A stretch of 64,000 bases of DNA, from positions 47,721-111,720 of the forward strand of contig CAZDVE010000002.1 of the NCBI GenBank assembly GCA_964508785.1. Direction: 5' to 3'. The notes beneath the pieces were generated by a model. It had not been told where the DNA came from, ran no database searches, and saw nothing but the letters and a program-made list of their open reading frames with translations. The stretch comes from an uncultured Pirellulales bacterium (lineage in GTDB: Bacteria; Planctomycetota; Phycisphaerae; Sedimentisphaerales; Anaerobacaceae). Shown in pieces: positions 56,904 to 64,000 of the stretch (position 1 is its first letter; each line of letters opens with the position of its first letter). Both the position numbers and the translations under genes were made by a program.

Positions 56904-57272
56904 ATGATGCCCATATATTCCTATGAGTTCCATAGGTTAAAAAGTTTTTCGATCGATATCACGAAAGAACTATGCGAAAAGATTGCTGAAGCAAAGCTTA
57001 ATATCGAATTATCATCCGGCGATAAACATAAGCTCGTGATCGATAGCCCAAAAGTTCCTTCTTCCCCATCAGCCAACATAAGAGATTTATTCAGCAACTT
57101 GGACATAAGATATGTAGAATCATTAAAAGTTTTTGGAGAAAAAGACAACCAGGATATTCTATGGCGCATTGAGATATGGGACAACAGTGGGATAACAGGT
57201 AATACAATTCATTGTAGAGAAATCCAGGGTTTGCCAGAAATGGGTTGGAAAAAGCAGAACTCGAATACATAG
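56904..57272 (+). CDS. Hypothetical soluble protein (122 aa)
   Basis: RBS GGAAAGGA. No TM segment or recognisable motif. AT-rich. Confidence 0.55.
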   Translation: MMPIYSYEFHRLKSFSIDITKELCEKIAEAKLNIELSSGDKHKLVIDSPKVPSSPSANIRDLFSNLDIRYVESLKVFGEKDNQDILWRIEIWDNSGITGNTIHCREIQGLPEMGWKKQNSNT

Positions 57273-57375
57273 GGATTTCGATAATTAAGTTTGGTTAAAG
57301 AAAGGCCAGTAATAGCGTTATGTAGGTATTGTGATTCGCAAAGAAGCTTTATCTTTATCAAGGAAAGAGAATTTA

Positions 57376-58335
57376 ATGAAGAAACCATTTATCGTTTCTG
57401 CATTGGTAGCAATTGCAGTTTCACCGCAATTAGGATTCTCTCAAACCAGCGACTTACAAGCATTTATAAGTGGTCATAAGACTAAATATTCTACCGAAGG
57501 GCATCCCAAAGCCAAAGGTATCAACATTAGCATTGAATATCCAAGTTATTGGCAAATATCGGAAGGAGAAAGTCCAAACGTCATTCAACAATTCACATCT
57601 GAGGGGACAAATACATTAATACAATGCCTAATCCTTATAAAAAACCAGCCATTTTTCATGAGATTTTTTTCATCTAAGCATATTTCTGATGTAATGTTTT
57701 CCTCAAAAACCATTAAAGAACTGACTCCCGAAGGTGCAATCTTTATCAAAGGTGAGAAGGCAACGTACGACGGTCAACCCGGAGCTTGGTTGATCTACGC
57801 GATGCAATCCGAACGTGCTGGATTAACTGCAGAAACATATATGATACAGCATATATTCTTGTATTCTGGGAAGATGATTATGCTTCAGTGTGGTGTTGGC
57901 GGACTAGCAAATTCCTCTCCCAAAGTGGAACAGGAATTTACACGTTATCGACCTGTTTTTCAGCTTATTGGTAACAGCATCATTATACATGACAAGGGGA
58001 CAAAACTAACAAATGAGGGTGGCAATTCTATAATGAAAGACATCTTTGGCGAGTACTGGTGGATAACCTTGATTATCTCTGCTATTTTTACGTGGGGCAT
58101 CGGTCTTACTCCACCATTATTAATAAGGTTTGCTTTTCTTCGACGACCAATATCTAAAAGGTGGGCTATTGGTACTGTTATTCTGTTCGGTTTTATAAAT
58201 TTCATGATATTCTCTGCTAACGCTTCAGCTCATGGCGGCAGGATAGGTGGCGCATTTATATTGATTGCATGCGCATCCTACGCAATTTTGCGGAAAGGGG
58301 CTAGAAAAAAGTCGGCTTACAAAGACAATTTGTAA
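57376..58335 (+). CDS. Hypothetical exported protein with a C-terminal 3-helix membrane anchor
   Basis: RBS AGGAAAGAGA. Signal peptide MKKPFIVSALVAIAVSPQLGFSQ. A ~200-aa extracytoplasmic domain, then hydrophobic helices (WWITLIISAIFTWGIGL, AIGTVILFGFINFMIF, IGGAFILIACASYAIL). Confidence 0.65.
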   Translation: MKKPFIVSALVAIAVSPQLGFSQTSDLQAFISGHKTKYSTEGHPKAKGINISIEYPSYWQISEGESPNVIQQFTSEGTNTLIQCLILIKNQPFFMRFFSSKHISDVMFSSKTIKELTPEGAIFIKGEKATYDGQPGAWLIYAMQSERAGLTAETYMIQHIFLYSGKMIMLQCGVGGLANSSPKVEQEFTRYRPVFQLIGNSIIIHDKGTKLTNEGGNSIMKDIFGEYWWITLIISAIFTWGIGLTPPLLIRFAFLRRPISKRWAIGTVILFGFINFMIFSANASAHGGRIGGAFILIACASYAILRKGARKKSAYKDNL

Positions 58336-58435
58336 GTTTACATTATTAAATTGCAGTTTAACATCCATCAATTTTAAATTAGACTTACACATTGAATCCT
58401 TATTAAAATGTTGATACTCACTTTAATAGAAATTT

Positions 58436-59881
58436 TTGATTCACGAATGTTACAAAATGGACATTAGTCGTCTTTCACAGCTTAAAAAAAGGATGTCATT
58501 CTCCACAGGACGCTCTATGGTGTTGCGAAAGCAGGAATCCACTTTATCGAAATTATGGATTCTGCATCAAGTGCGGAATGACAATTCCTCAAATAATAAA
58601 CAACAATGCGGTAAGTTTTTACTTGTAACTCTGATTTGTCTGACTTCTTTGTCAGCATCGGCCTTCGGTGGTGAAGATAACAATGAAGAATCATTCTTAT
58701 CCAAACTACCGGTGGAGTTTCACGGTTTTTACGAGATGCGGGCTGGATACAGGTTGCGAAAGGATAAATACGAAAAAGATATGTCGATTATGGAAAATCG
58801 CCTGCAGCTTGATATATTTTCATATCTCGACTGGGCCGACGTGAAAGTCAAAGGTGATTTCATCGGCGATTTGGTAACCGAGCAGGGAGACTTTGACCTG
58901 CGTGAGGCGAACATCTTCGCCAGGCCCTCAGGATTTATGGATTTAAAAATCGGCAGACAGATTCTGACCTGGGGCACGGGAGACCTTGTTTTTATCAACG
59001 ATATGTTTCCAAAGGATTGGCAGTCCTTCTTTATAGGCAGAGATACCGAATATCTAAAAGCCCCCTCCGACGCAGCGAAAATAAGTTTATTTAGCGACCG
59101 GGCTAATCTTGATATTATATACACGCCACAATTCGATCCGGATCGTTTTATCGACGGCTCACGCATTTCATACTGGAATTCGAATCTGGCATTCCTGGCC
59201 GGCGAAAATGCAATTGTACACACCGACAAACCTAATCGATGGTTCAAAGATTCCGAAATAGCAGCACGACTGTATAAAAACATCGATAATTATGAACTGG
59301 CACTTTATGGTTATCTGGGTTACTGGAAAAGTCCCGGAGGATTAAGTGCCACAATGACCCAGGCAACATTCCCCGATTTGAACGTTTACGGCGCCAGTAT
59401 TCGTGGAGTTATAGGCGAAGGCATCGGGAACATGGAAGTTGGCTATTACGATTCCGCAGATGATGCAAGCGGCAAGAACTTTTTGATTAATAATTCCGAA
59501 ATGCGGTACCTTCTCGGCTATACTCAGGAGATCGGCAGAGATTTTACGCTTGGTCTGCAGTACTACATCGAGCAAATGATGGATTTTAACCAGTATCGTG
59601 ACAACCTTCCATCGGGACCGGCACGCGATGAGTTCAGGCATTTGACAACGGTGCGACTGACGAAACTGCTGATGAAACAGAATCTGCGATGCTCACTGTT
59701 TACTTACTATAGCCCGTCGGATAAAGACGTCTATATGCGTCCGAACGTTAATTATAAGGTAAACGATTACATGGCGGTCGAGGTCGGCGGCAATATATTC
59801 TTCGGTGACTACCCGCAGACCTTCTTTGGCCAGTTCCAGAACAATACGAATATGTATATGGGGTTCCGCTATAGTTTCTGA
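58436..59881 (+). CDS. Outer-membrane beta-barrel protein (DUF1302/alginate-export-like candidate); start codon uncertain
   Basis: Signal-like KFLLVTLICLTSLSASAFG. Alternating beta-strand pattern. Motif IGRQILTWGTGDLVF. C-terminal OMP signature MGFRYSF. The first ~55 codons of the ORF run through a repeat element, and no canonical in-frame start lies just before the signal peptide. Confidence 0.7.
   Translation: MIHECYKMDISRLSQLKKRMSFSTGRSMVLRKQESTLSKLWILHQVRNDNSSNNKQQCGKFLLVTLICLTSLSASAFGGEDNNEESFLSKLPVEFHGFYEMRAGYRLRKDKYEKDMSIMENRLQLDIFSYLDWADVKVKGDFIGDLVTEQGDFDLREANIFARPSGFMDLKIGRQILTWGTGDLVFINDMFPKDWQSFFIGRDTEYLKAPSDAAKISLFSDRANLDIIYTPQFDPDRFIDGSRISYWNSNLAFLAGENAIVHTDKPNRWFKDSEIAARLYKNIDNYELALYGYLGYWKSPGGLSATMTQATFPDLNVYGASIRGVIGEGIGNMEVGYYDSADDASGKNFLINNSEMRYLLGYTQEIGRDFTLGLQYYIEQMMDFNQYRDNLPSGPARDEFRHLTTVRLTKLLMKQNLRCSLFTYYSPSDKDVYMRPNVNYKVNDYMAVEVGGNIFFGDYPQTFFGQFQNNTNMYMGFRYSF
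58493..58582 (+). repeat. Degenerate copy of the MITE-like element core, without terminal inverted repeats
   Basis: TGTCATTC...GCGAAAGCAGGAATCCA-N15-TGGATTCTGCATCAAGTGCGGAATGACAA aligns with TGTCATACCCGCGAAAGCGGGTATCCA-N20-GATTCCTGCTTGCGCAGGAATGACAA of copy B. Confidence 0.45.
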
Positions 59882-61004
59882 ACAATGGTCTGATAAATGT
59901 TTTTTCTTCGCCGGCGGCGGCACAGGCGGTCATTTATATCCCGCCATCGCCGTTGCAGAGCAGATAGTCAAACTCGAGCCGAAGTCGAAAATACATTTTC
60001 TGTGCAGTTCTCGCAGTATCGACACACACATACTCTCACAAACCAGCTTCGAATATACAGTCCTGCCCGCCATGGCTTTTCCCACAAAACCCAGTCAACT
60101 TACAGTTTTTATCAGGTCGCTTTGTAAAAGCTATAAGATGTCCGCCGAAGCAATAACTCGAAGTAAAAAATCCGTCGTCGTCGGACTTGGCGGTTTTGTG
60201 GCAGGGCCGGTTTGCCTTGTGGCACACAGGCACAAAATACCCGTGACACTCTTAAATATTGATATTGTACCGGGACGGGCGAATAAAATCATTGCACGCT
60301 GGGCTGAAGAGATTTTCGTGCAGTTTGAAGATACTATAAAATATTTCGCCAAGGGAAAAACAAAAGTCAACGTAGTTGGATGCCCCTTACGCAGCGGATT
60401 TATCAGCCCGGAACCTGAAAAAGCCATGGAACAATTAGGACTCGATAAGAAAAAGAAAACGCTGCTGATAACAGGTGCATCGAGCGGCTCAGCGAATATC
60501 AACCAGGCAATATGTTTACTGCTTGAGAAACTGGAGCGTTTCGCGGATAACTGGCAGATTGTTCATTTAACCGGCCGGGACAATTTCGAGCAAATCAGCA
60601 GTCAAAACATCCATCCCAAAATAAACTACAAAGTTATTGGATACTTTGACGAGATGCCGAACCTGTTGGCGGCCGCGGATTTGGTCATAGGCAGAAGCGG
60701 TGCCGTCAGCGTTGCGGAATTCGCCGCTGCAGCGGTGCCAAGTATTTGCATCCCATACCCGTATCATAAAGACAAACATCAATATCTAAATGCAAATAAA
60801 CTTGTGGAAGTTGGAGCAACGGTAATTATAGATGATTTGCCGAATAAAAAAGAGTTTCCAGAACGGTTGTGGAAAGAACTGGAAGAATTAATGAACGATA
60901 AAAACAAACGACAAAAAATGTCGCAAGCATGTCAAACGGTTGCTAAACTGCAAGCAGACCTAAAAATAGCAGAAAAGCTGATAGATATAATCGAAAAACT
61001 TTAG
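59805..61004 (+). CDS. murG: Undecaprenyldiphospho-muramoylpentapeptide beta-N-acetylglucosaminyltransferase
   Basis: FFFAGGGTGGHLYPAIAVAEQI G-loop, then TGASSGSANIN and GRSGAVSVAEFAAAAVPSICIPYP. The only in-frame start is GTG 59805, which overlaps the upstream OMP gene by 77 nt (see finding). Confidence 0.9.
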   Translation: MTTRRPSLASSRTIRICIWGSAIVSEQWSDKCFFFAGGGTGGHLYPAIAVAEQIVKLEPKSKIHFLCSSRSIDTHILSQTSFEYTVLPAMAFPTKPSQLTVFIRSLCKSYKMSAEAITRSKKSVVVGLGGFVAGPVCLVAHRHKIPVTLLNIDIVPGRANKIIARWAEEIFVQFEDTIKYFAKGKTKVNVVGCPLRSGFISPEPEKAMEQLGLDKKKKTLLITGASSGSANINQAICLLLEKLERFADNWQIVHLTGRDNFEQISSQNIHPKINYKVIGYFDEMPNLLAAADLVIGRSGAVSVAEFAAAAVPSICIPYPYHKDKHQYLNANKLVEVGATVIIDDLPNKKEFPERLWKELEELMNDKNKRQKMSQACQTVAKLQADLKIAEKLIDIIEKL

Positions 61005-61033
61005 AACTCTCTGAGGACAGTAACTTTCCTAAT

Positions 61034-61200
61034 TTACTCAAACTGACCGACTCGTACTGTCATACCCGCGAAAGCGGGTATCCATTTATAAAATAGCATC
61101 AGTAGATTCCTGCTTGCGCAGGAATGACAATCTGCAATAGGTTATTGTTACATATTCACTTACGTCTATACTTTATTATAAATCGGTCAGTTTGAGTAAT
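61034..61200 (+). mobile_element. MITE-like non-coding repeat element, copy B
   Basis: 17-bp perfect terminal inverted repeats TTACTCAAACTGACCGA (61034-61050) and TCGGTCAGTTTGAGTAA (61184-61200). Internal hairpins TACCCGCGAAAGCGGGTA and ATTCCTGCTTGCGCAGGAAT. No ORF. Confidence 0.65.
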
Positions 61201-61290
61201 TTAAATCATGCTATAAAGTAATATGTTTTATGGACTTTGTCGTTGCTTACCTTCAAAAGACTCTTATCAAATTTGATATTTAAAAATCCT

Positions 61291-61319
61291 TTGACAGAGC
61301 AGTCTCAATTGTAAATAAT
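61291..61319 (+). promoter_or_regulatory. Candidate sigma-70-type promoter for the TIM-barrel/DUF6807 gene
   Basis: TTGACA, a 17-nt spacer, then AATAAT, about 150 nt upstream of ATG 61469. Confidence 0.35.
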
Positions 61320-61468
61320 ACTTCTTTCTGGCGTCTTTGGGACCGGGTGAATATTTTCATCCCACCTTCATTGGAAAAACGCCGGTAAGCTGAACGTTGT
61401 ATGTATCGAACATACCAACAGGGGTTCCACATAAGTTCAGTTTATAAATATACATAAAGGAAAAGAAA

Positions 61469-63268
61469 ATGAGCACACTCCACAACACACGTCGTGATTT
61501 TCTGATTCAATCAATGTGCTTCGGTGCCGCAGCAATTACCACCGGTCCCATCGGCAAATTACTGGCTGCCGGTTCGAAGCCGGGTGCCGGAATGAAATTC
61601 GGACTGGTCACCTACCTTTGGGGTAAAGATTGGGAACTTCCCACACTGATAAAGAACTGCGAAAAAACGAAATTTCTCGGCGTCGAACTGCGCACCAGGC
61701 ACGCCCACGGCGTCGAATCTAATCTCAACGAGCAACAACGCAGTGAAGTCAAAAGACGCTTCGAGGATAGTGCTGTTACACTCGTTGGACTGGGTACCAA
61801 CTATGCTTTCCATTATCCAGATCAGGCGGAACTTCACAGAAACATTGAAAATGCCAAAAAATATATAAAACTCTCCCACGATGTCGGTGGCACCGGTGTC
61901 AAAGTCAAGCCGAATAACCTTTTGGAAAACGTCCCGCATAAGAAAACAATCGAGCAGATAGGCACCTCACTCAACGAACTGGGACGCTTCGCCGCCGAAC
62001 TGGGTCAGGAGATTCGATTGGAGGTTCACGGTTCATGCTCACCACTGCCTATCATAAAATCGATTATGGACGTTGCAGACCATCCGAATGTCGGTGTCTG
62101 CTGGAACTGCAATCCCGAGGACCTCGATGGTCAGGGAATGGAGTATAACTTCAATCTCGTTAAAGACCGCTTTGGCCAGACGGTTCATGTCCGCGAGCTG
62201 AATATCGGTGATTATCCCTACCAGGAACTAATCAATCTTCTGGTCGGAATGAACTATCCCGGCTGGGTTCTGCTTGAGGCCCGAACCGACCCAAAAGATA
62301 AAATCGCAGCACTGAACGAACAACGCAAGGTATGGAATCAGATGGTCGAAAAAGCGAAATCCTCAAAGGCAAAACCGAAGGCCGGCACCGGAGTTAACAT
62401 AACCGAGTGCGAAAATAAAATCAAGGTGGAAATCAACGGCAAACTGTTCACGGAATATATTTTCAAGAGTGATTCCAAACGCCCATATTTTTATCCGGTA
62501 ATCGGGCCGACCGGTGTCGCCGTCAATCGTCACTGGCCGATGAAAAACATCGAGAATGAACAGAAAGACCATCCCCACCATCGATCGCTTTGGTACACGC
62601 ACGGATCAATCAACGGCGTGGATTTCTGGACCGCCGGCGATAAAAATGGCAACGTAGTCCATGACAAATTCCTTAAAATCGAATCAGGCAAGGAGGTCGG
62701 TATCATTCAGTCGCAGAATAAATATGTAGCCCCAGAAGGAACCGTAATATGCACCGACACGCGTATACATAAATTTTATAATATTAAAGACGGCAGGATG
62801 ATGGATTTCGAGGTGACATTCCACGCTTCAGAAGGACAAGTCGTTTTGGGCGACACAAAAGAAGGTTCGATGGCTATCCGACTGACACCAACGATGCAAT
62901 TAAAAGGTGCAGTGGCTCAGGGACATATCATCAACAGTGAAGGCGACCGGGACGGCGAGGCATGGGGAAAGCGGGCGGCATGGTGTGATTACTACGGCCC
63001 GGTGAAAGGGGAAATAGTCGGAGTTGCCATCTTCGACCATCCTCAGAATCCCAAACATCCGACCTGGTGGCACGTTCGCGATTACGGGCTGTTCGCGGCC
63101 AATCCATTCGGCGTCTCCGACTTCGAACGAAAACCACGAGGCACCGGCGACATTACCATCCCGGCAGGTGAGAATTTAACTTTCAGGTATCGAATATATA
63201 TTCACAAGGGTGACAACGAGCAGGGAAAAGTAGCCGAAAGATACCATCAATACTCAGACATAAAATAA
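61469..63268 (+). CDS. Tat-signal fusion protein: xylose-isomerase-like TIM-barrel (sugar phosphate isomerase/epimerase) domain + DUF6807 (PmoA-like) domain
   Basis: Twin-arginine leader TRRDFLIQSMCFGAAAI. TIM-barrel region (GVELRTRHAHGV...RLEVHG...WVLLEAR). C-terminal KRPYFYPVIGPTGVAVNRHWPM...DHPHHRSLWYTHGSINGVDFW...HPTWWHVRDYGLFAANPFG. Confidence 0.8.
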   Translation: MSTLHNTRRDFLIQSMCFGAAAITTGPIGKLLAAGSKPGAGMKFGLVTYLWGKDWELPTLIKNCEKTKFLGVELRTRHAHGVESNLNEQQRSEVKRRFEDSAVTLVGLGTNYAFHYPDQAELHRNIENAKKYIKLSHDVGGTGVKVKPNNLLENVPHKKTIEQIGTSLNELGRFAAELGQEIRLEVHGSCSPLPIIKSIMDVADHPNVGVCWNCNPEDLDGQGMEYNFNLVKDRFGQTVHVRELNIGDYPYQELINLLVGMNYPGWVLLEARTDPKDKIAALNEQRKVWNQMVEKAKSSKAKPKAGTGVNITECENKIKVEINGKLFTEYIFKSDSKRPYFYPVIGPTGVAVNRHWPMKNIENEQKDHPHHRSLWYTHGSINGVDFWTAGDKNGNVVHDKFLKIESGKEVGIIQSQNKYVAPEGTVICTDTRIHKFYNIKDGRMMDFEVTFHASEGQVVLGDTKEGSMAIRLTPTMQLKGAVAQGHIINSEGDRDGEAWGKRAAWCDYYGPVKGEIVGVAIFDHPQNPKHPTWWHVRDYGLFAANPFGVSDFERKPRGTGDITIPAGENLTFRYRIYIHKGDNEQGKVAERYHQYSDIK

Positions 63269-63322
63269 ACGAGGCAGTTTTTAGATTGAATACTTTTAAG
63301 TAATAATATTAGGAGAAGTGCT

Positions 63323-64000
63323 ATGAGCAAGTTAAGTCGTAGAGATTTCTTAAAAAGTTCGATGATTGCCGGTGCGACAATGGCGGTGGCGTCTCCATTT
63401 TCAAAGGTTCGAGGCGCCAATAATGACATTCGTATGGCGGTAATCGGGACCGGGGGCCAGGGCAGCGGACACTGCAGACAGTGGTCTCGGTTAGAAGGCG
63501 TGCGTCTGGTGGCCGTCTGCGATGCGGATTTATCACATGCCGAGCGTATAAAAAAGTCTAATCCGGATGTAAAGGTCTATCAGGACCTTCGCGAACTTCT
63601 GGACGATAAGAATATCGACGCCATCTCATCGGCAACACCGAACCACTGGCATTCGCTGGTGACTGTATGGGCGTGCCAGGCGGGTAAGGATGTGTACATC
63701 GAAAAGCCGGTATCGCACGAAATCTGGGAAGGCCGCAAAATGGTGGAGGCCGCCCGAAAATACAATCGTATCGTGCAGACAGGGACACAAAAACGCTCCT
63801 CGATGGCACACAAGCAGGCTTTTGAGTGGATTCGTCAGGGCAATATCGGTGCAATAAAATGGGTCCGTGGCCTATGCTATAAACCCCGCGGTATAGGTAC
63901 CAACGGAATTGTCAATGCGACAAACGGACCGAATCCGCTTCCCGAGAGCGTGGACTACAATCTCTGGTGCGGTCCGGCGGATATGAAGCCGCTGCGACGG
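63323..64000 (+). CDS. Tat-signal Gfo/Idh/MocA-family oxidoreductase, 3' end cut by the window edge
   Basis: RBS AGGAGA 7 nt upstream. MSKLSRRDFLKSSMIAGATMAVA twin-arginine leader. IRMAVIGTGGQGSGH Rossmann motif and YIEKPVSH motif. The frame is open to the window end. Not in the ORF track because no stop lies in the window. Confidence 0.85.
   Translation, partial: MSKLSRRDFLKSSMIAGATMAVASPFSKVRGANNDIRMAVIGTGGQGSGHCRQWSRLEGVRLVAVCDADLSHAERIKKSNPDVKVYQDLRELLDDKNIDAISSATPNHWHSLVTVWACQAGKDVYIEKPVSHEIWEGRKMVEAARKYNRIVQTGTQKRSSMAHKQAFEWIRQGNIGAIKWVRGLCYKPRGIGTNGIVNATNGPNPLPESVDYNLWCGPADMKPLRR

Noticed and set aside
61320-61468. Known riboswitch class in the leader of the TIM-barrel/DUF6807 gene
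   Set aside because: Stems are visible, but I cannot match the sequence to the conserved cores of any riboswitch class I know (TPP, SAM, FMN, cobalamin, glycine, purine, c-di-GMP, and so on). It needs an Rfam scan.
1-64000. rRNA, tRNA, tmRNA, prophage, integrase/transposase, cas or restriction-modification genes
   Set aside because: Reading both strands, I found no tRNA-like T-arm/acceptor pattern, no rRNA-like segments, and no ORF with integrase, transposase, Cas or R-M motifs. A tRNAscan/Infernal run would be needed to exclude small RNAs formally.

Overview
This 64-kb window looks like a chromosomal segment of a diderm bacterium. Gene content suggests the PVC superphylum (Planctomycetota/Phycisphaerae-like), but that is inference only. 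The supporting features are a LamG/CBM9 secreted protein, DUF1573, Tat-signal Gfo/Idh/MocA next to a DUF6807 fusion, an LpxC-FabZ fusion, and 'IPACAGMT'-type repeats.

Most of the window is well-recognisable housekeeping:
- a histidine kinase with two tandem OmpR-type regulators
- hisA, a class II photolyase, tilS, ilvBN
- uvrA and nfi
- an outer-membrane biogenesis block: mltA, dnaB, bamA, skp, lpxD, lpxC/fabZ, lpxA
- murG

A long minus-strand gene array (24.4-37 kb) carries methyltransferase/glycosyltransferase genes. It also holds a flavoenzyme-aldolase-SDR cluster of unknown pathway.

The parts not explained by ordinary genes are:
1. Two AT-rich islands of small orphan genes, at about 18.9-21.5 kb and 56.0-58.4 kb. 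The second sits between an MMPL/LolA-like exporter pair and a beta-barrel OMP gene, and it starts right after a 15-codon remnant of a gene.
2. A MITE-like repeat family with 12-17 bp terminal inverted repeats and two internal hairpins. There are two full copies, one degenerate copy and one solitary hairpin unit.
3. A GIY-YIG gene enclosed by inverted palindromic 'TCATTGCGAGG...GCAATCTTC' modules.
4. A patch of short dispersed repeats and a long imperfect inverted repeat near 19.2-19.85 kb.

I found no rRNA, tRNA, CRISPR array, cas gene, integrase or transposase. All family assignments come from motif recognition by eye and need HMM or BLAST confirmation.
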